64,000 nt of DNA from Syntrophales bacterium (GCA_040765725.1 JAXGRQ010000007.1:8140-72139), one strand, 5' to 3'. Positions 35,002 to 46,903 are shown, counted from the first letter of the stretch. The notes: generated from the letters alone by a model not told the origin. A program made the numbers and translations.

Positions 35002-38000
35002 TCAATCGGGCATGGCCACGATGTTCTTCTCGATGCCCGGATACAGGGTGTCAATCTCGGCCTGGATGACGATGGTGAGCCCGAGCGCCGTAACGATGCG
35101 GCAGTAGGTGCGGATGCCGTCCAGTTCAAGACGCCGTTCCTTTCGGTCCTTGAGCCACTTCTCGCAGACTTGATACCCGCCGATCCGGTACGTCCAGACA
35201 GCCTCCGGCACAGGCGCGAAATGCTGCTCCGCGTTGATGTAGACTCGCTCCTCGTGGGCATCGTAGCGTAACCCAGTCTTGCGGTCTTTCTCGACGCGGT
35301 TGCTGCCGTCGCCATCGAACCGGCAGGCGGGCGGATCGAGGTCGGGCGACTTGAGCAGGTGCAAGGTGACGAGTTTCTCCCCCAGCGCGACCAGTTTCTT
35401 GAACAGCTTGGCGTCAGCCGTGAACGGGATGCGCGGGAAGTCCATCTTTAGGAACTCGGCGTACTTCGTGCGGTAGGCGGGCGCGTAGAGCACGGCGTAG
35501 ATGTAGTGGAAGATGGCTTCCGGCGTCGGGGCCTTGCCGTAGGTCGCCGCCAGCGCGGCCAATACGGACGGGCTTAGGTTCGGCTTGCGCTCGGCCGGCT
35601 CGTGCTGGGCGAAGAGGTCGTCACGCGCGGCGGTCGGGTAGATGTAGAGGGGAATGAGATAACCACGCTCTTTCGTCCGGTTAGAGACAAACGAATCGTC
35701 TGTGATCTGAGCACTGACAACAGCATGGCACCAACCCTGCTTCGCAAGTTGGCGACAAGTGCCTAGAGCCAGATTCTCCCCGGCCAGCATGTGGTCCATG
35801 ACGCGCTCGCGCCGGTGGACGGCGACGTTCGCGTTGAACACCGTCCAGCGTGTGTCGAACGGGCGGTAGAGAATCTGAACGACGGCATCGCGCCAAGCCC
35901 CGTCTGCAAGCTCCTTCTTGGCGCGGTCGTAGCTCCACTGACTCTGGCTGCACAGTTTCCAAATCAAACGGGCTTCGTGCTCGGTATGCGTTTGGAGGAG
36001 CATCTGAACCTTGCGTCTGGCTTCATCGGCCGTCCACGAGATGGCGAACTCGTCGTGCGTGGTCACGATGCCGGGGGCGGGCGACCCGTTTTCGCTGAAC
36101 ACGTCAGGGATGGGCGTGAACTGTTCGTAAGTCTTCTGGAGGTCGGCGTCGGTCGGTTTGAACAGGTAGAAACGTGCCGCCGGTGCGATGGGCTGCCAAT
36201 CCGTCTTGACGAGATCATTCGCGTTCATCCAGTCGTACTTGGCCTCCCGCGTGCCGTGCCGTTCAGCGTGCCGGATTGCGCAGGCCGCCTTGGTCTTGCC
36301 TCCTCTCTTCACGAAGAACGCGATAGCCACACCTTGGCGAATATCGAAAACGTTCTTGTCCGGCGAGCCGTCGGGACAAGTCTCCTTCTTGAGCGAGTTG
36401 CCGTGCAGATCGAGCACGTAGATGTCGTCGAAGGTGCTCATGAGGCTCTGGCGCATTCCTCGGAAGGTCGGATTGTCGAGATAGGAATGGTTGGTGATCA
36501 TTCCGACGACGCCGCGCCCGGCCTGCTCGATCTTCCATTGGGCGAAGCGCAGGAATTTGACGTAGTCGTCTTGCAGCCATTTTGCCTGGGCTGGCCGCTT
36601 CAGTTCGGGCGCGTCTTTCTTGTAGTCGTCGATCAACCCGCGAATCCACTCGCCCATGTTGGTGGAATGGCCGGAGTACGGCGGATTACCGAGGATGACG
36701 AGGATCGGGGTCTGCTTTTTGACCTTTCCGGCTAGGCGGGATTCCTCGGCGAGGGCGGAGAAGCCGGGCAGGCGGCTCTGTTCAAGTTCCTCGTTGTCGA
36801 GGGTGTTGGTGAGGTAGAACGGGACGCGCTCGTCGTCAGTGAGGCGGTGGCCGAGTTCCTCGAGGAAGAAGCTCATCTTGAGGTGGCCGACGGCATAGGG
36901 GGCCATCATCAGTTCGAAGGCGTAGAAGTTCTTGAGGATGTGGCGGCGGATGAAGTCGGCGCGGCCGCCTTTGCCGTACTTGGCCTCGAACTCGGCCACG
37001 GCCTGCGCGGCGGCGCGGGCGATGAAGGTCATGGTCCCCGCCGCCGGGTCGAGCAGGGTCACGCCGTCGGAGGCGAGGCCGTCGCGCTTGCCGAAGTCGG
37101 TTTTCAGGAGGCTGTGCAGCGAACGGACGATGTAGCCGACCACCGGCTCTGGTGTGTAGTAAACGCCCCGCCGCTCGCGCTCGGCAGGGTCATATTGCGC
37201 GAGGAAAGTCTCGTAGAAGTGGACGATGGGATCGCTGCCCTTGCCGTCGCGGTAATAGCGGCCCAGGATGCCGGGTGCGTCGGCCACGGCCAGAACCTGG
37301 GCGATGTCGTCCACGCACCAGGCAAGCTGCTCGGGCAGGTCGTCCAGGGAGATGAAACGGAAGATGTCTCGCAGAACGCCGATGGTGTGCGGGATATTGT
37401 CGAATGCGGCGCGGCGGTTGAAGTCCTTCTTGGTGCGCGTCCGGGCGGCAAAGAGACCGTAGGCGATCGTCTGCGCGAAGAGATCGGCGAAGTCCTCCGG
37501 TGTCAGCGTGCCGATGAGGTAGGTCTTGAAGGCCTCGAAGAACCCGGTCAGTACACCCGGTGCGTCCTTTTCCTGCTCGAGCTGCCGGGCAACGACATCC
37601 CGCAGGAATCGGGTGCGTTTGGCTAGTTCGACGGCCAGGGATTCCGCCGTGAAGGCCCTGGGCAGAGAGAAACCGAGGAAACGATCGAGAAGGACGTAAA
37701 GTTCGTCCGGTTTTTCCAGCGGCGGCGCCGTTCGCAGCCGATGGAGAACCGCGCTGCGGGCGGCCAAGACCGTCTCCACCCGTTCGCCGTTCCGGTACAG
37801 CCGAAACTCCAGAAAGTTGGTCAGGATGAGGTTGGGAAACGTGGAGCGATAACGCTTGAGCTGTTCGGACTCTTCGATGACGTCCAGCCGATCTTCCGTC
37901 GGCTTCTTGGCTTCGACATAGCCTATGATCCGGTCCGTCCCGTTCCACAGACGAAAATCGGGGTTCCCGGCATCGGTTGGTTTCGGCAGGGCGGTCACGT

Positions 38001-38148
38001 GCACATGCACCCGACCTTGGGCCTTCGCTGCCTCTTCCAGCATGGTTTTCAACACCGGATAGAAGCTCTCCTCCCGTGCGTCGCCCTGCATGGCTACTGC
38101 GGAAAGCTCTTTGAGGTACTTGGTGAATAACGGCCTGCTGTTCATCAT
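35002..38148 (-). CDS. Fused restriction endonuclease / N6-adenine DNA methyltransferase (type IIG, with type-ISP-like C-terminal domain)
   Basis: 1048 aa. N-terminal PD-(D/E)xK-like GNPDFRLW...TDRIIGYVEAKKP. MTase motif I LLDPAAGTMTF and motif IV ILGNPPYSG. C-terminal YRIGGYQVCEKWLKDRK as in type ISP/IIG enzymes. No helicase domain. Confidence 0.8.
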   Translation of the reverse strand: MMNSRPLFTKYLKELSAVAMQGDAREESFYPVLKTMLEEAAKAQGRVHVHVTALPKPTDAGNPDFRLWNGTDRIIGYVEAKKPTEDRLDVIEESEQLKRYRSTFPNLILTNFLEFRLYRNGERVETVLAARSAVLHRLRTAPPLEKPDELYVLLDRFLGFSLPRAFTAESLAVELAKRTRFLRDVVARQLEQEKDAPGVLTGFFEAFKTYLIGTLTPEDFADLFAQTIAYGLFAARTRTKKDFNRRAAFDNIPHTIGVLRDIFRFISLDDLPEQLAWCVDDIAQVLAVADAPGILGRYYRDGKGSDPIVHFYETFLAQYDPAERERRGVYYTPEPVVGYIVRSLHSLLKTDFGKRDGLASDGVTLLDPAAGTMTFIARAAAQAVAEFEAKYGKGGRADFIRRHILKNFYAFELMMAPYAVGHLKMSFFLEELGHRLTDDERVPFYLTNTLDNEELEQSRLPGFSALAEESRLAGKVKKQTPILVILGNPPYSGHSTNMGEWIRGLIDDYKKDAPELKRPAQAKWLQDDYVKFLRFAQWKIEQAGRGVVGMITNHSYLDNPTFRGMRQSLMSTFDDIYVLDLHGNSLKKETCPDGSPDKNVFDIRQGVAIAFFVKRGGKTKAACAIRHAERHGTREAKYDWMNANDLVKTDWQPIAPAARFYLFKPTDADLQKTYEQFTPIPDVFSENGSPAPGIVTTHDEFAISWTADEARRKVQMLLQTHTEHEARLIWKLCSQSQWSYDRAKKELADGAWRDAVVQILYRPFDTRWTVFNANVAVHRRERVMDHMLAGENLALGTCRQLAKQGWCHAVVSAQITDDSFVSNRTKERGYLIPLYIYPTAARDDLFAQHEPAERKPNLSPSVLAALAATYGKAPTPEAIFHYIYAVLYAPAYRTKYAEFLKMDFPRIPFTADAKLFKKLVALGEKLVTLHLLKSPDLDPPACRFDGDGSNRVEKDRKTGLRYDAHEERVYINAEQHFAPVPEAVWTYRIGGYQVCEKWLKDRKERRLELDGIRTYCRIVTALGLTIVIQAEIDTLYPGIEKNIVAMPD

Positions 38149-38199
38149 GTCCCTCTTTGCTCGGCCCGAAAAGTCTATTTTGTTTGAGACTTCAACTTC

Positions 38200-40523
<2,324 letters not shown>

Positions 40524-40553
40524 TTATTTGATTTTTTCACGGTTTTTAATTTC

Positions 40554-40583
40554 TTGACAGAACGTTTTTCACCTCTCTATAAT
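40554..40583 (+). promoter_or_regulatory. Near-consensus promoter of tRNA-Ser(GGA) (TTGACA-18-TATAAT)
   Basis: TTGACA at 40554-40559, TATAAT at 40578-40583, 25 nt before the tRNA 5' end. Confidence 0.6.
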
Positions 40584-40608
40584 GCCACGCTTTTCAGCAG
40601 GATGTACC

Positions 40609-40702
40609 GGAGAGATGTCCGAGCGGCTGAAGGAGCACGACTGGAAATCGTGTGTACGCCCCCAAAGGTGTACCGCGGGTTCAAATCCCGCTCTCTCCGC
40701 CA
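40609..40702 (+). tRNA. tRNA-Ser (anticodon GGA), CCA encoded
   Basis: Acceptor GGAGAGA/TCTCTCC. Anticodon arm CACGA-CTGGAAA-TCGTG. Long variable arm. T arm GCGGG-TTCAAAT-CCCGC. Confidence 0.92.
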
Positions 40703-40785
40703 GAAATCAGGGGATCCGATCGGTGATTTTGGCGTTTTGCCCGCAGAAAGCCAAAGGATCGGGCCGGTTCTCCGACAGGAAAGAT

Positions 40786-40882
40786 GGCCGGGCCCCGTGC
40801 GACGGCGGCCTGTGAACCCCGTCAGGTCCGGAAGGAAGCAGCGGCAGCAGTCACCGGCGTGTGCCGCGGGTCAGCCCGGCTG
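40786..40882 (+). ncRNA. ffs: Small (4.5S-type) signal recognition particle RNA
   Basis: GTCAGGTCCGGAAGGAAGCAGC (40821-40842) is identical to the E. coli 4.5S domain IV core. Flanks pair (GCCGGGC...GCCCGGC, CCCGUG...CGCGGG). T-run follows. Classic position upstream of dnaX. Ends are approximate. Confidence 0.85.
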
Positions 40883-40912
40883 TCTGTTTTTCCTCATCTC
40901 CCAGGAGCTCCC

Positions 40913-42727
40913 GTGGAATACCGAGTTCTCGCGCGAAAATGCAGGCCCCAGGTCTTTGAAGACGTCCTGGGGCAGGATCATGTCGTCCGGACGCTGCAGA
41001 ACGCGATCACCCAGCAGCGCATCGCCCACGCCTTTCTGTTCAGCGGGCCGCGCGGGGTCGGGAAAACTTCGGTCGCGCGGATCCTTGCGAAGGCGCTGAA
41101 CTGCGAATCGGGCCCGGCGCCGGTCCCCTGCAACCGGTGCGTCCATTGCCTTGAAATCACGAACGGAAATGCGATCGACGTTCGCGAGATCGACGGCGCC
41201 TCCAATCGGGGAATCGATGAGATTCGGGAGCTGCGTGAAAACGTCAAGTTTGTCCCGGCCTCCTGCCGCTACAAGATCTACATCATCGACGAGGTGCACA
41301 TGCTGACCCGGGAGGCCTTCAACGCCCTTCTCAAGACGCTGGAGGAGCCGCCCGCCCATGTGATCTTCATCTTCGCGACGACGGAGACCCAGAAGGTTCC
41401 TGCAACGATCCTCTCCCGTTGCCAATGTTTCGATTTCCGGCGGATCGCACTCAAACAGATCACTCAAAACCTGAAAAACATTGCCGTATCGGACGGCATA
41501 CGGGTCAGTGACGGCGCCCTGTCCTGGATCGCCGAGGCGGGAGACGGCAGCCTCCGGGACGCCCAGAGCATCTTTGACCAGGTGATCTCCTATGCGGGCG
41601 ACGAAATCGCGGATTCGGCGGTGGAGGAGATCCTCGGCCGGTCGGACCGGCGTTTCCTCTTCTCCCTGTCCGAGGCGGTTCTTGCCCGGGATGCCGGCCG
41701 CTGCCTGAAAATCATCGATGAAGCCTACTATGCCGGGCTCGATATGCGCTACTTCTTCCAGACGCTTCTCGGCCATTTCCGGAACCTTCTGTTCACCGGG
41801 ATCGCCGGGGGGAAAGGGGACCTGGTCGAACTTCCCGCGGAGGAGGCCGACAAGCTGAAAGAGCAGGCGGACGGACAGTCGACGGATACGCTTCAACGCT
41901 ACCTGGAGATCCTGATGTCCGAGGAGGAAAATGTTCGCCGGAGCCAGAACCCGAGGTTGAACCTGGAGGCGGTTCTCTGCCGGATGGCCTTTCTGGAGCC
42001 GCTGATCCCGATCGAATCGGTCATCACCCGAATGGAGGGTTTGGAGAGGCGTTTGGGCGGGAACCCGACATCGGGCACTGCGGGCCCGGAAACGAAGGGA
42101 TCGGTCGGTTCGAGGGGGAAACAGCGCTTCGAAAGGGGGGATGCGGCGAAGAAAGCGGGGGAGGCGGCCGCGATCACGCCGGCGGAGGAGAAGCAGGCTC
42201 CCTATCGGACCGGTCCGGGAACGGGAGATGGCGGGACCCCGGACAAGGGCTGGCAGGGGTACCGGGAATTCGTCAAGCGTCACGATCCGGCCCTGTCCGC
42301 CAAAATCGATTCGGGGATCTGTCTGGCCTGTGAAGAGGGTCGTCTCCGAATCGGTTTTGAGAAGGGCTACCTCTTTTTCGATGACGTTATGGGACGGAAG
42401 GCGGCGCTTGCCGAGCACTGCCGCAAGTTTTTCGGGCGGGAGACCACCCTGGAATTCGAGACCGTCGCTCCCGCGAACGGGGGAGCGGCGCCGTCCGTCA
42501 ACGGAAACGGCAACGGCCGTTCTGAAAAGAACCACCGCATTCAGGAGATCCGACGGGAGGCCCTTTCCCACCCGCTTGTCCGAAAAATCCTCGACATTTT
42601 TCCCGGCGCGGAGGTTCGGGATGTGAGGGTGCGCGAGACGCCGGCGCCGGAGCATAGCCCGGCGCATCTTTCCGGGCGCCGGCCGGACGGGAAAGAGATG
42701 TTCGCGGATGAGCCGCCGGAAGAGTAG
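40913..42727 (+). CDS. dnaX: DNA polymerase III subunit gamma/tau
   Basis: GTG 40913 (VEYRVLARKCRPQVFEDVLGQ), 5 nt after AGGAG. GPRGVGKTS Walker A. Zn module CNRCVHC. The upstream part of track ORF 40784 overlaps ffs. Confidence 0.92.
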   Translation: MEYRVLARKCRPQVFEDVLGQDHVVRTLQNAITQQRIAHAFLFSGPRGVGKTSVARILAKALNCESGPAPVPCNRCVHCLEITNGNAIDVREIDGASNRGIDEIRELRENVKFVPASCRYKIYIIDEVHMLTREAFNALLKTLEEPPAHVIFIFATTETQKVPATILSRCQCFDFRRIALKQITQNLKNIAVSDGIRVSDGALSWIAEAGDGSLRDAQSIFDQVISYAGDEIADSAVEEILGRSDRRFLFSLSEAVLARDAGRCLKIIDEAYYAGLDMRYFFQTLLGHFRNLLFTGIAGGKGDLVELPAEEADKLKEQADGQSTDTLQRYLEILMSEEENVRRSQNPRLNLEAVLCRMAFLEPLIPIESVITRMEGLERRLGGNPTSGTAGPETKGSVGSRGKQRFERGDAAKKAGEAAAITPAEEKQAPYRTGPGTGDGGTPDKGWQGYREFVKRHDPALSAKIDSGICLACEEGRLRIGFEKGYLFFDDVMGRKAALAEHCRKFFGRETTLEFETVAPANGGAAPSVNGNGNGRSEKNHRIQEIRREALSHPLVRKILDIFPGAEVRDVRVRETPAPEHSPAHLSGRRPDGKEMFADEPPEE

Positions 42728-42817
42728 AAGCCGGTTCAAAAAAAGGAAACACAGCGGACGGGCGTCTTTCAACAGCCCGTGCGGCGTTTCGGGATCATAA
42801 CCAAGGAGGTCGTATCG

Positions 42818-43129
42818 GTGCAGAATTTCGGAAACATCATGAAACAGGCCAAAAAGATGCAGGAGCGGATGGCGCAACTGCAGGATGAGCTGGCATCAAA
42901 GACGGTGGATGCAACAGCAGGCGGCGGAATGGTCTCGGTCACCGTCAACGGAAAATTCGAACTCCTCTCGATCAAAATCGAAAAAGAGGTCGTAAATCCG
43001 GACGATGTTGACATGCTTCAGGACCTGGTGGTCGCGGCGGTGAACGAGGGGATCCGCAAGGCCCAGGAGATGGCCGCATCCGAAATGGGGAAGATCACGG
43101 GCGGGCTCCAGATCCCCGGCCTGATGTAG
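42818..43129 (+). CDS. ybaB: YbaB/EbfC-family nucleoid-associated protein
   Basis: GTG 42818 after [27 protein letters not shown]...[14 protein letters not shown]. dnaX-ybaB-recR synteny. Confidence 0.9.
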   Translation: MQNFGNIMKQAKKMQERMAQLQDELASKTVDATAGGGMVSVTVNGKFELLSIKIEKEVVNPDDVDMLQDLVVAAVNEGIRKAQEMAASEMGKITGGLQIPGLM

Positions 43130-43137
43130 GGGGCGCC

Positions 43138-43737
43138 ATGTCCGGGTACGCCCTCTCCATACAGCGTCTGATCAGGGAGTTTGCGCGTTTTCCCGGCATT
43201 GGGGAAAAGACGGCGGCGCGGCTGGCGAACCACGTTCTCCGGAGCTCCGTGGAGGATGCGCGCCGACTGGCCGAAAGCATCCTCGACGTCAAGCAGAAGA
43301 TTCGCCTCTGTTCCGTCTGCTTCAACCTTGCCGAGGGGGAGCTCTGCGGCGTTTGCGCGGATGAGTCGAGAAACCGGGGAATCATCTGCGTCGTCGAGGA
43401 GCCCGACTCACTCATCGCGCTGGAGGCATGCGGCGGGTATCGGGGCGTCTACCACGTTCTCCACGGCGCGCTGGCCCCTTTGGAAGGCATCGGTCCGGAA
43501 CAGCTCCGCATCCGGGAACTTCTCGATCGGATTGCCGGCAACCCGGTTGAAGAGGTGATCGTGGCCACCAATCCGAGCGTCCAGGGGGAAACCACCGCGC
43601 TGTTGCTCTCGAAGCTTCTGAAGGAACAGGATGTAACGGTTACGCGAATCGCCCTGGGGGTTCCGATGGGCGGCGATCTCAAGTATACGGACCGGATGAC
43701 GCTGGCCAGGTGTATCGAATTTCGTCGCGGGGTTTGA
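43138..43737 (+). CDS. recR: Recombination protein RecR
   Basis: 199 aa. [21 protein letters not shown]4 zinc finger CSVCFNL..CGVC, Toprim region. Confidence 0.95.
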   Translation: MSGYALSIQRLIREFARFPGIGEKTAARLANHVLRSSVEDARRLAESILDVKQKIRLCSVCFNLAEGELCGVCADESRNRGIICVVEEPDSLIALEACGGYRGVYHVLHGALAPLEGIGPEQLRIRELLDRIAGNPVEEVIVATNPSVQGETTALLLSKLLKEQDVTVTRIALGVPMGGDLKYTDRMTLARCIEFRRGV

Positions 43738-43870
43738 CGGGATTCGATCCCTCTCGGGCAAATTGTCCGGCAAATAGTGTTTGACATCCAGGATCGAATG
43801 CGGTAGAAGGTGCCACGTTTTTAAAAGGCTAATTGCTGATTAAAGCCAATCATTACGGGAGATTCGACGC

Positions 43871-44419
43871 ATGTTAGAAATCAGATGGCACGGAAGAGGC
43901 GGTCAGGGAGCGGTTACGTCGGTGGAACTGTTCGCCCTGTCCGCTATTGGAGAGGGGAAATTTGCGCAGGGGTTCCCGAGCTTTGGGACGGAGAGGCGCG
44001 GGGCGCCGGTCACCGGATTCAACCGTGTCGACGACAAACAGATCAAAATCCGATCCGGCATCTACCATCCGGATGTGGTCGTCGTTCTGGACCCGAGCCT
44101 GGTTTCCCTGGTGGACGTTGCCGAGGGTTTGAAGCCTGGCGGAGTTCTTCTCGTCAACAGCACAAAATCCCTGGAGGAGCTGAAGAAGGATATCCGTTTC
44201 GAGGGAAAGATCGCAACCGTGGATGCCACGGGAATTGCCTGGAAGGAACTGGGCGTGCCGATCACCAACACGACGATGCTGGGGGCGGTGGTGAAGGTCA
44301 CGGGCGCGGTGAAGATCGAGTCCATAGAAGGCCCGGTCCAGGGGCGGTTCGGCAGGATTGCGGCGAAAAACCTGGCGGCCGCAAAGCGGGCCTACGACGA
44401 AGTCAAATTCATCAATTAG
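43871..44419 (+). CDS. 2-oxoacid (pyruvate-type):ferredoxin oxidoreductase, gamma subunit
   Basis: 182 aa. IRWHGRGGQGAVTSVELFA...FPSFGTERRGAP. Confidence 0.9.
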   Translation: MLEIRWHGRGGQGAVTSVELFALSAIGEGKFAQGFPSFGTERRGAPVTGFNRVDDKQIKIRSGIYHPDVVVVLDPSLVSLVDVAEGLKPGGVLLVNSTKSLEELKKDIRFEGKIATVDATGIAWKELGVPITNTTMLGAVVKVTGAVKIESIEGPVQGRFGRIAAKNLAAAKRAYDEVKFIN

Positions 44420-44445
44420 GATCAAATCATACTTGAGGTATCACG

Positions 44446-44739
44446 ATGACTGAAAAAAGATGGCCAGAAACCTGGCGAGAGGTCAATCCCGGATGCATGG
44501 TTTTCCGGCCGGGAAGCGCCGTGGAATACCACACGGGAAGCTGGCGGGCGAAGAGGCCGATCTGGGAGAATTCCAAGTGCATCAAGTGCGGCGTCTGTTA
44601 CATGTTCTGCCCCGAGGGCTGCATTACTGAGGACAAAGACGGTTTCTTTGAAGCGAACCTCGATTACTGCAAAGGGTGCGGCATCTGCGCCCATGAATGC
44701 TGGCCGAAGGCGATCGTCATGGTCAATGAGGAGGATTGA
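44446..44739 (+). CDS. 2-oxoacid:ferredoxin oxidoreductase, delta subunit (2x[4Fe-4S])
   Basis: 97 aa. CIKCGVCYMFCPE and CKGCGICAHECW cluster motifs. Confidence 0.9.
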   Translation: MTEKRWPETWREVNPGCMVFRPGSAVEYHTGSWRAKRPIWENSKCIKCGVCYMFCPEGCITEDKDGFFEANLDYCKGCGICAHECWPKAIVMVNEED

Positions 44740-44741
44740 GA

Positions 44742-45917
44742 ATGGGTAAACGAATCGGTATGGAAATAGCTCTCGCCGCGGCCGAGGCGGCGGCCTTGTG
44801 CAGACCTGACGTAATTGCGGCCTACCCCATCACCCCCAACACCCATGTTCCGGAACATCTGTCGGACATCGTAGCCGAGGGAAGACTCGATGCGGAATAT
44901 ATCTGCGTGGAATCCGAACATTCCGCCATCAGCGCCTGCTGCGGCGCCTCCGGCGCCGGCGCGCGGACATTCACCGCCACAAGCTCCCAGGGTCTGCTGT
45001 TCATGCAGGAGGTTCTCCCCATCGTTCCTTCGATGAGGCTTCCGGTGATCATGGTGATCGGGAATCGTGCGGTATCCGGTCCGATCAACGTCTGGAACGA
45101 CCACAGCGATATCATGTATCAGCGCGATACCGGATGGGTTTCGCTTTTTGCCGCCAACGGTCAGGAAACGGTGGACATGGTGATCCAGGCGTTCAAGATC
45201 GGCGAGCACCGAGATGTCATGCTTCCAGTCAACATCAATCTCGACGGTTTCCAGCTCACCCACGTCGTGGAGCCGATCTGGATGCCCGATCAGGAGGAGG
45301 TGGATCGTTTTCTGCCGCCGTACAAGCCGTTCGCCCAGTTGCATCCGGACCAGCCGATGAGCATGGGTTCACTGGGGGCTCCTGAGATTTACAATGAGGC
45401 GGTGCGTGCCAAGAACGAAGCGATGCTGCAATCCAAAAAGGTCATTCTTGCTGTCTGGAAGGAGTGGGAAAAGCAGTTCGGACGGAAGTACGAGCCGATC
45501 GAGTCCTACAAGACGGAAGGAGCGGAAACCCTCATCGTAACAATGGGGTCCATGGGCGAGACTGCGGAAATTGCCGTGGATGAACTTCGCAAAGACGGGA
45601 TGCCCGTGGGGTTGCTGAAGATCAAGCTGTGGCGGCCCTTCCCCTTCGAGGAACTCCGGAAAGCGGTCAAAGGCGCGAAGGCCCTGGCCGTGATGGACCG
45701 GGCGCTCTCCTGCGGCGGTCCGGGGGGTCCGGTGTTTGCCGAGATCCGGTCTGCACTGTACGACGAGCCCAAGAAGCCCAAGACGCTGAATTTCATTATC
45801 GGCCTGGGCGGCCGCGACGTGACGGTGGAGGATTTTGTCAAGATGGCAGAGAAGACGGCCTCAACCAAGAAGGTAAAGCCGGAAAATGCCTATGAAATTT
45901 ATGGAGCAAGGGAATGA
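44742..45917 (+). CDS. 2-oxoacid:ferredoxin oxidoreductase, alpha subunit
   Basis: ATG 44742 after GGAGG (track ORF starts at TTG 44736). AYPITPNTHVPE, ESEHSAISAC typical of PorA/VorA. Confidence 0.9.
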   Translation: MGKRIGMEIALAAAEAAALCRPDVIAAYPITPNTHVPEHLSDIVAEGRLDAEYICVESEHSAISACCGASGAGARTFTATSSQGLLFMQEVLPIVPSMRLPVIMVIGNRAVSGPINVWNDHSDIMYQRDTGWVSLFAANGQETVDMVIQAFKIGEHRDVMLPVNINLDGFQLTHVVEPIWMPDQEEVDRFLPPYKPFAQLHPDQPMSMGSLGAPEIYNEAVRAKNEAMLQSKKVILAVWKEWEKQFGRKYEPIESYKTEGAETLIVTMGSMGETAEIAVDELRKDGMPVGLLKIKLWRPFPFEELRKAVKGAKALAVMDRALSCGGPGGPVFAEIRSALYDEPKKPKTLNFIIGLGGRDVTVEDFVKMAEKTASTKKVKPENAYEIYGARE

Positions 45918-46903
45918 GCACTGCAACGGTAAATCCCAATAAGGTGTTTGAAAATTATGAGCTTTATGTTCCGAAGCTGATCGAGAAGAAGGAGTACTTC
46001 GGCCCCGGTCACCGCGCCTGCCAGGGTTGCGGGGAGGCGCTGGCGATCCGCATGATGTGCAAGGCGCTCGGCAAGGACACGGTCGTTGCCAATGCGACGG
46101 GCTGCATGGAAGTCATCTCCTGCGTCTATCCGACGACCTCCTGGAGCCTGCCCTGGATCCACGTGGCGTTCCCGAATTCCGCCTCGGTCGGCTCCGGCGT
46201 CTCCGCAGCCCTCAAGGCCCTGCGCCGCAAGGGAAGAATTCCCGATCGCGACGTCAAGGCGGTGGCCATCGGCGGCGACGGCGGGACGGTGGACATCGGA
46301 TTCCAGGCCCTGTCCGGGGCAATGGAGCGGGGACACGACATGCTGTATGTCTGCTTCGACAACGAGGCGTATATGAATACCGGCATCCAGCGCTCGGGCG
46401 CCACGCCTTTCGGTTCGTCCACGACCACGGCCCCGGCCGGCAAGGTGAGCATCGGGAACAAGACCTGGAAGAAGAATGTGGCGGAGATCATGGTGGAGCA
46501 CGGCCTGCCTTATGTGGCGACCGCCTGCCACAGCTATCCGATCGATTTCATGAACAAGGTAAAAAAGGCGCGCAGCATCAAAGGACCCTCCTACATCCAC
46601 TGCCTGTCCGTGTGTCCCACGGGCTGGCGCTCCGCCTCCGAAACCTGCATCAAGATGGGTCGACTGGCCGTGGAGACGGGGGTCTTCCCGCTGTATGAAG
46701 TCGAATACGGAAAATACCGGATCACGGTGGATCCGCCGGAGAAGCTTCGTCCCGTATCGGATTACCTCAAACCGCAGGGGCGATTCCGCCATCTCACACC
46801 GGATCAAATCCAGGGGATCCAGGGGCGTGTGCTCATGGAATACAACAAACTGATGAACAAGGTGAACCACTCGAAGTCTTGGGACGAGTTGAAAGCCCTC
46901 TAA
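45914..46903 (+). CDS. 2-oxoacid:ferredoxin oxidoreductase, beta subunit (TPP-binding)
   Basis: 329 aa. CQGCGEALA, IGGDGGTVDIGFQAL, DNEAYMNTGIQRS. Confidence 0.9.
   Translation: MSTATVNPNKVFENYELYVPKLIEKKEYFGPGHRACQGCGEALAIRMMCKALGKDTVVANATGCMEVISCVYPTTSWSLPWIHVAFPNSASVGSGVSAALKALRRKGRIPDRDVKAVAIGGDGGTVDIGFQALSGAMERGHDMLYVCFDNEAYMNTGIQRSGATPFGSSTTTAPAGKVSIGNKTWKKNVAEIMVEHGLPYVATACHSYPIDFMNKVKKARSIKGPSYIHCLSVCPTGWRSASETCIKMGRLAVETGVFPLYEVEYGKYRITVDPPEKLRPVSDYLKPQGRFRHLTPDQIQGIQGRVLMEYNKLMNKVNHSKSWDELKAL

Noticed and set aside
40609-40702. tRNA-Ser(GGA) as the attachment site of the accessory region to its left
   Set aside because: The accessory DNA lies on the 5' side of the tRNA, separated by galE and an aminotransferase gene. 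There is no integrase and no repeat of the tRNA 3' end. The sequence downstream is core (ffs-dnaX).
40913-42727. Programmed -1 frameshift site in dnaX (A AAA AAG type, as in E. coli)
   Set aside because: I did not see an A-rich heptanucleotide slippery site inside the gene. The only A7 run (about 42742) lies after the stop codon.
40871-42877. 668-aa ORF antisense to dnaX
   Set aside because: Shadow ORF with low-complexity Arg/Pro/Leu-rich translation.
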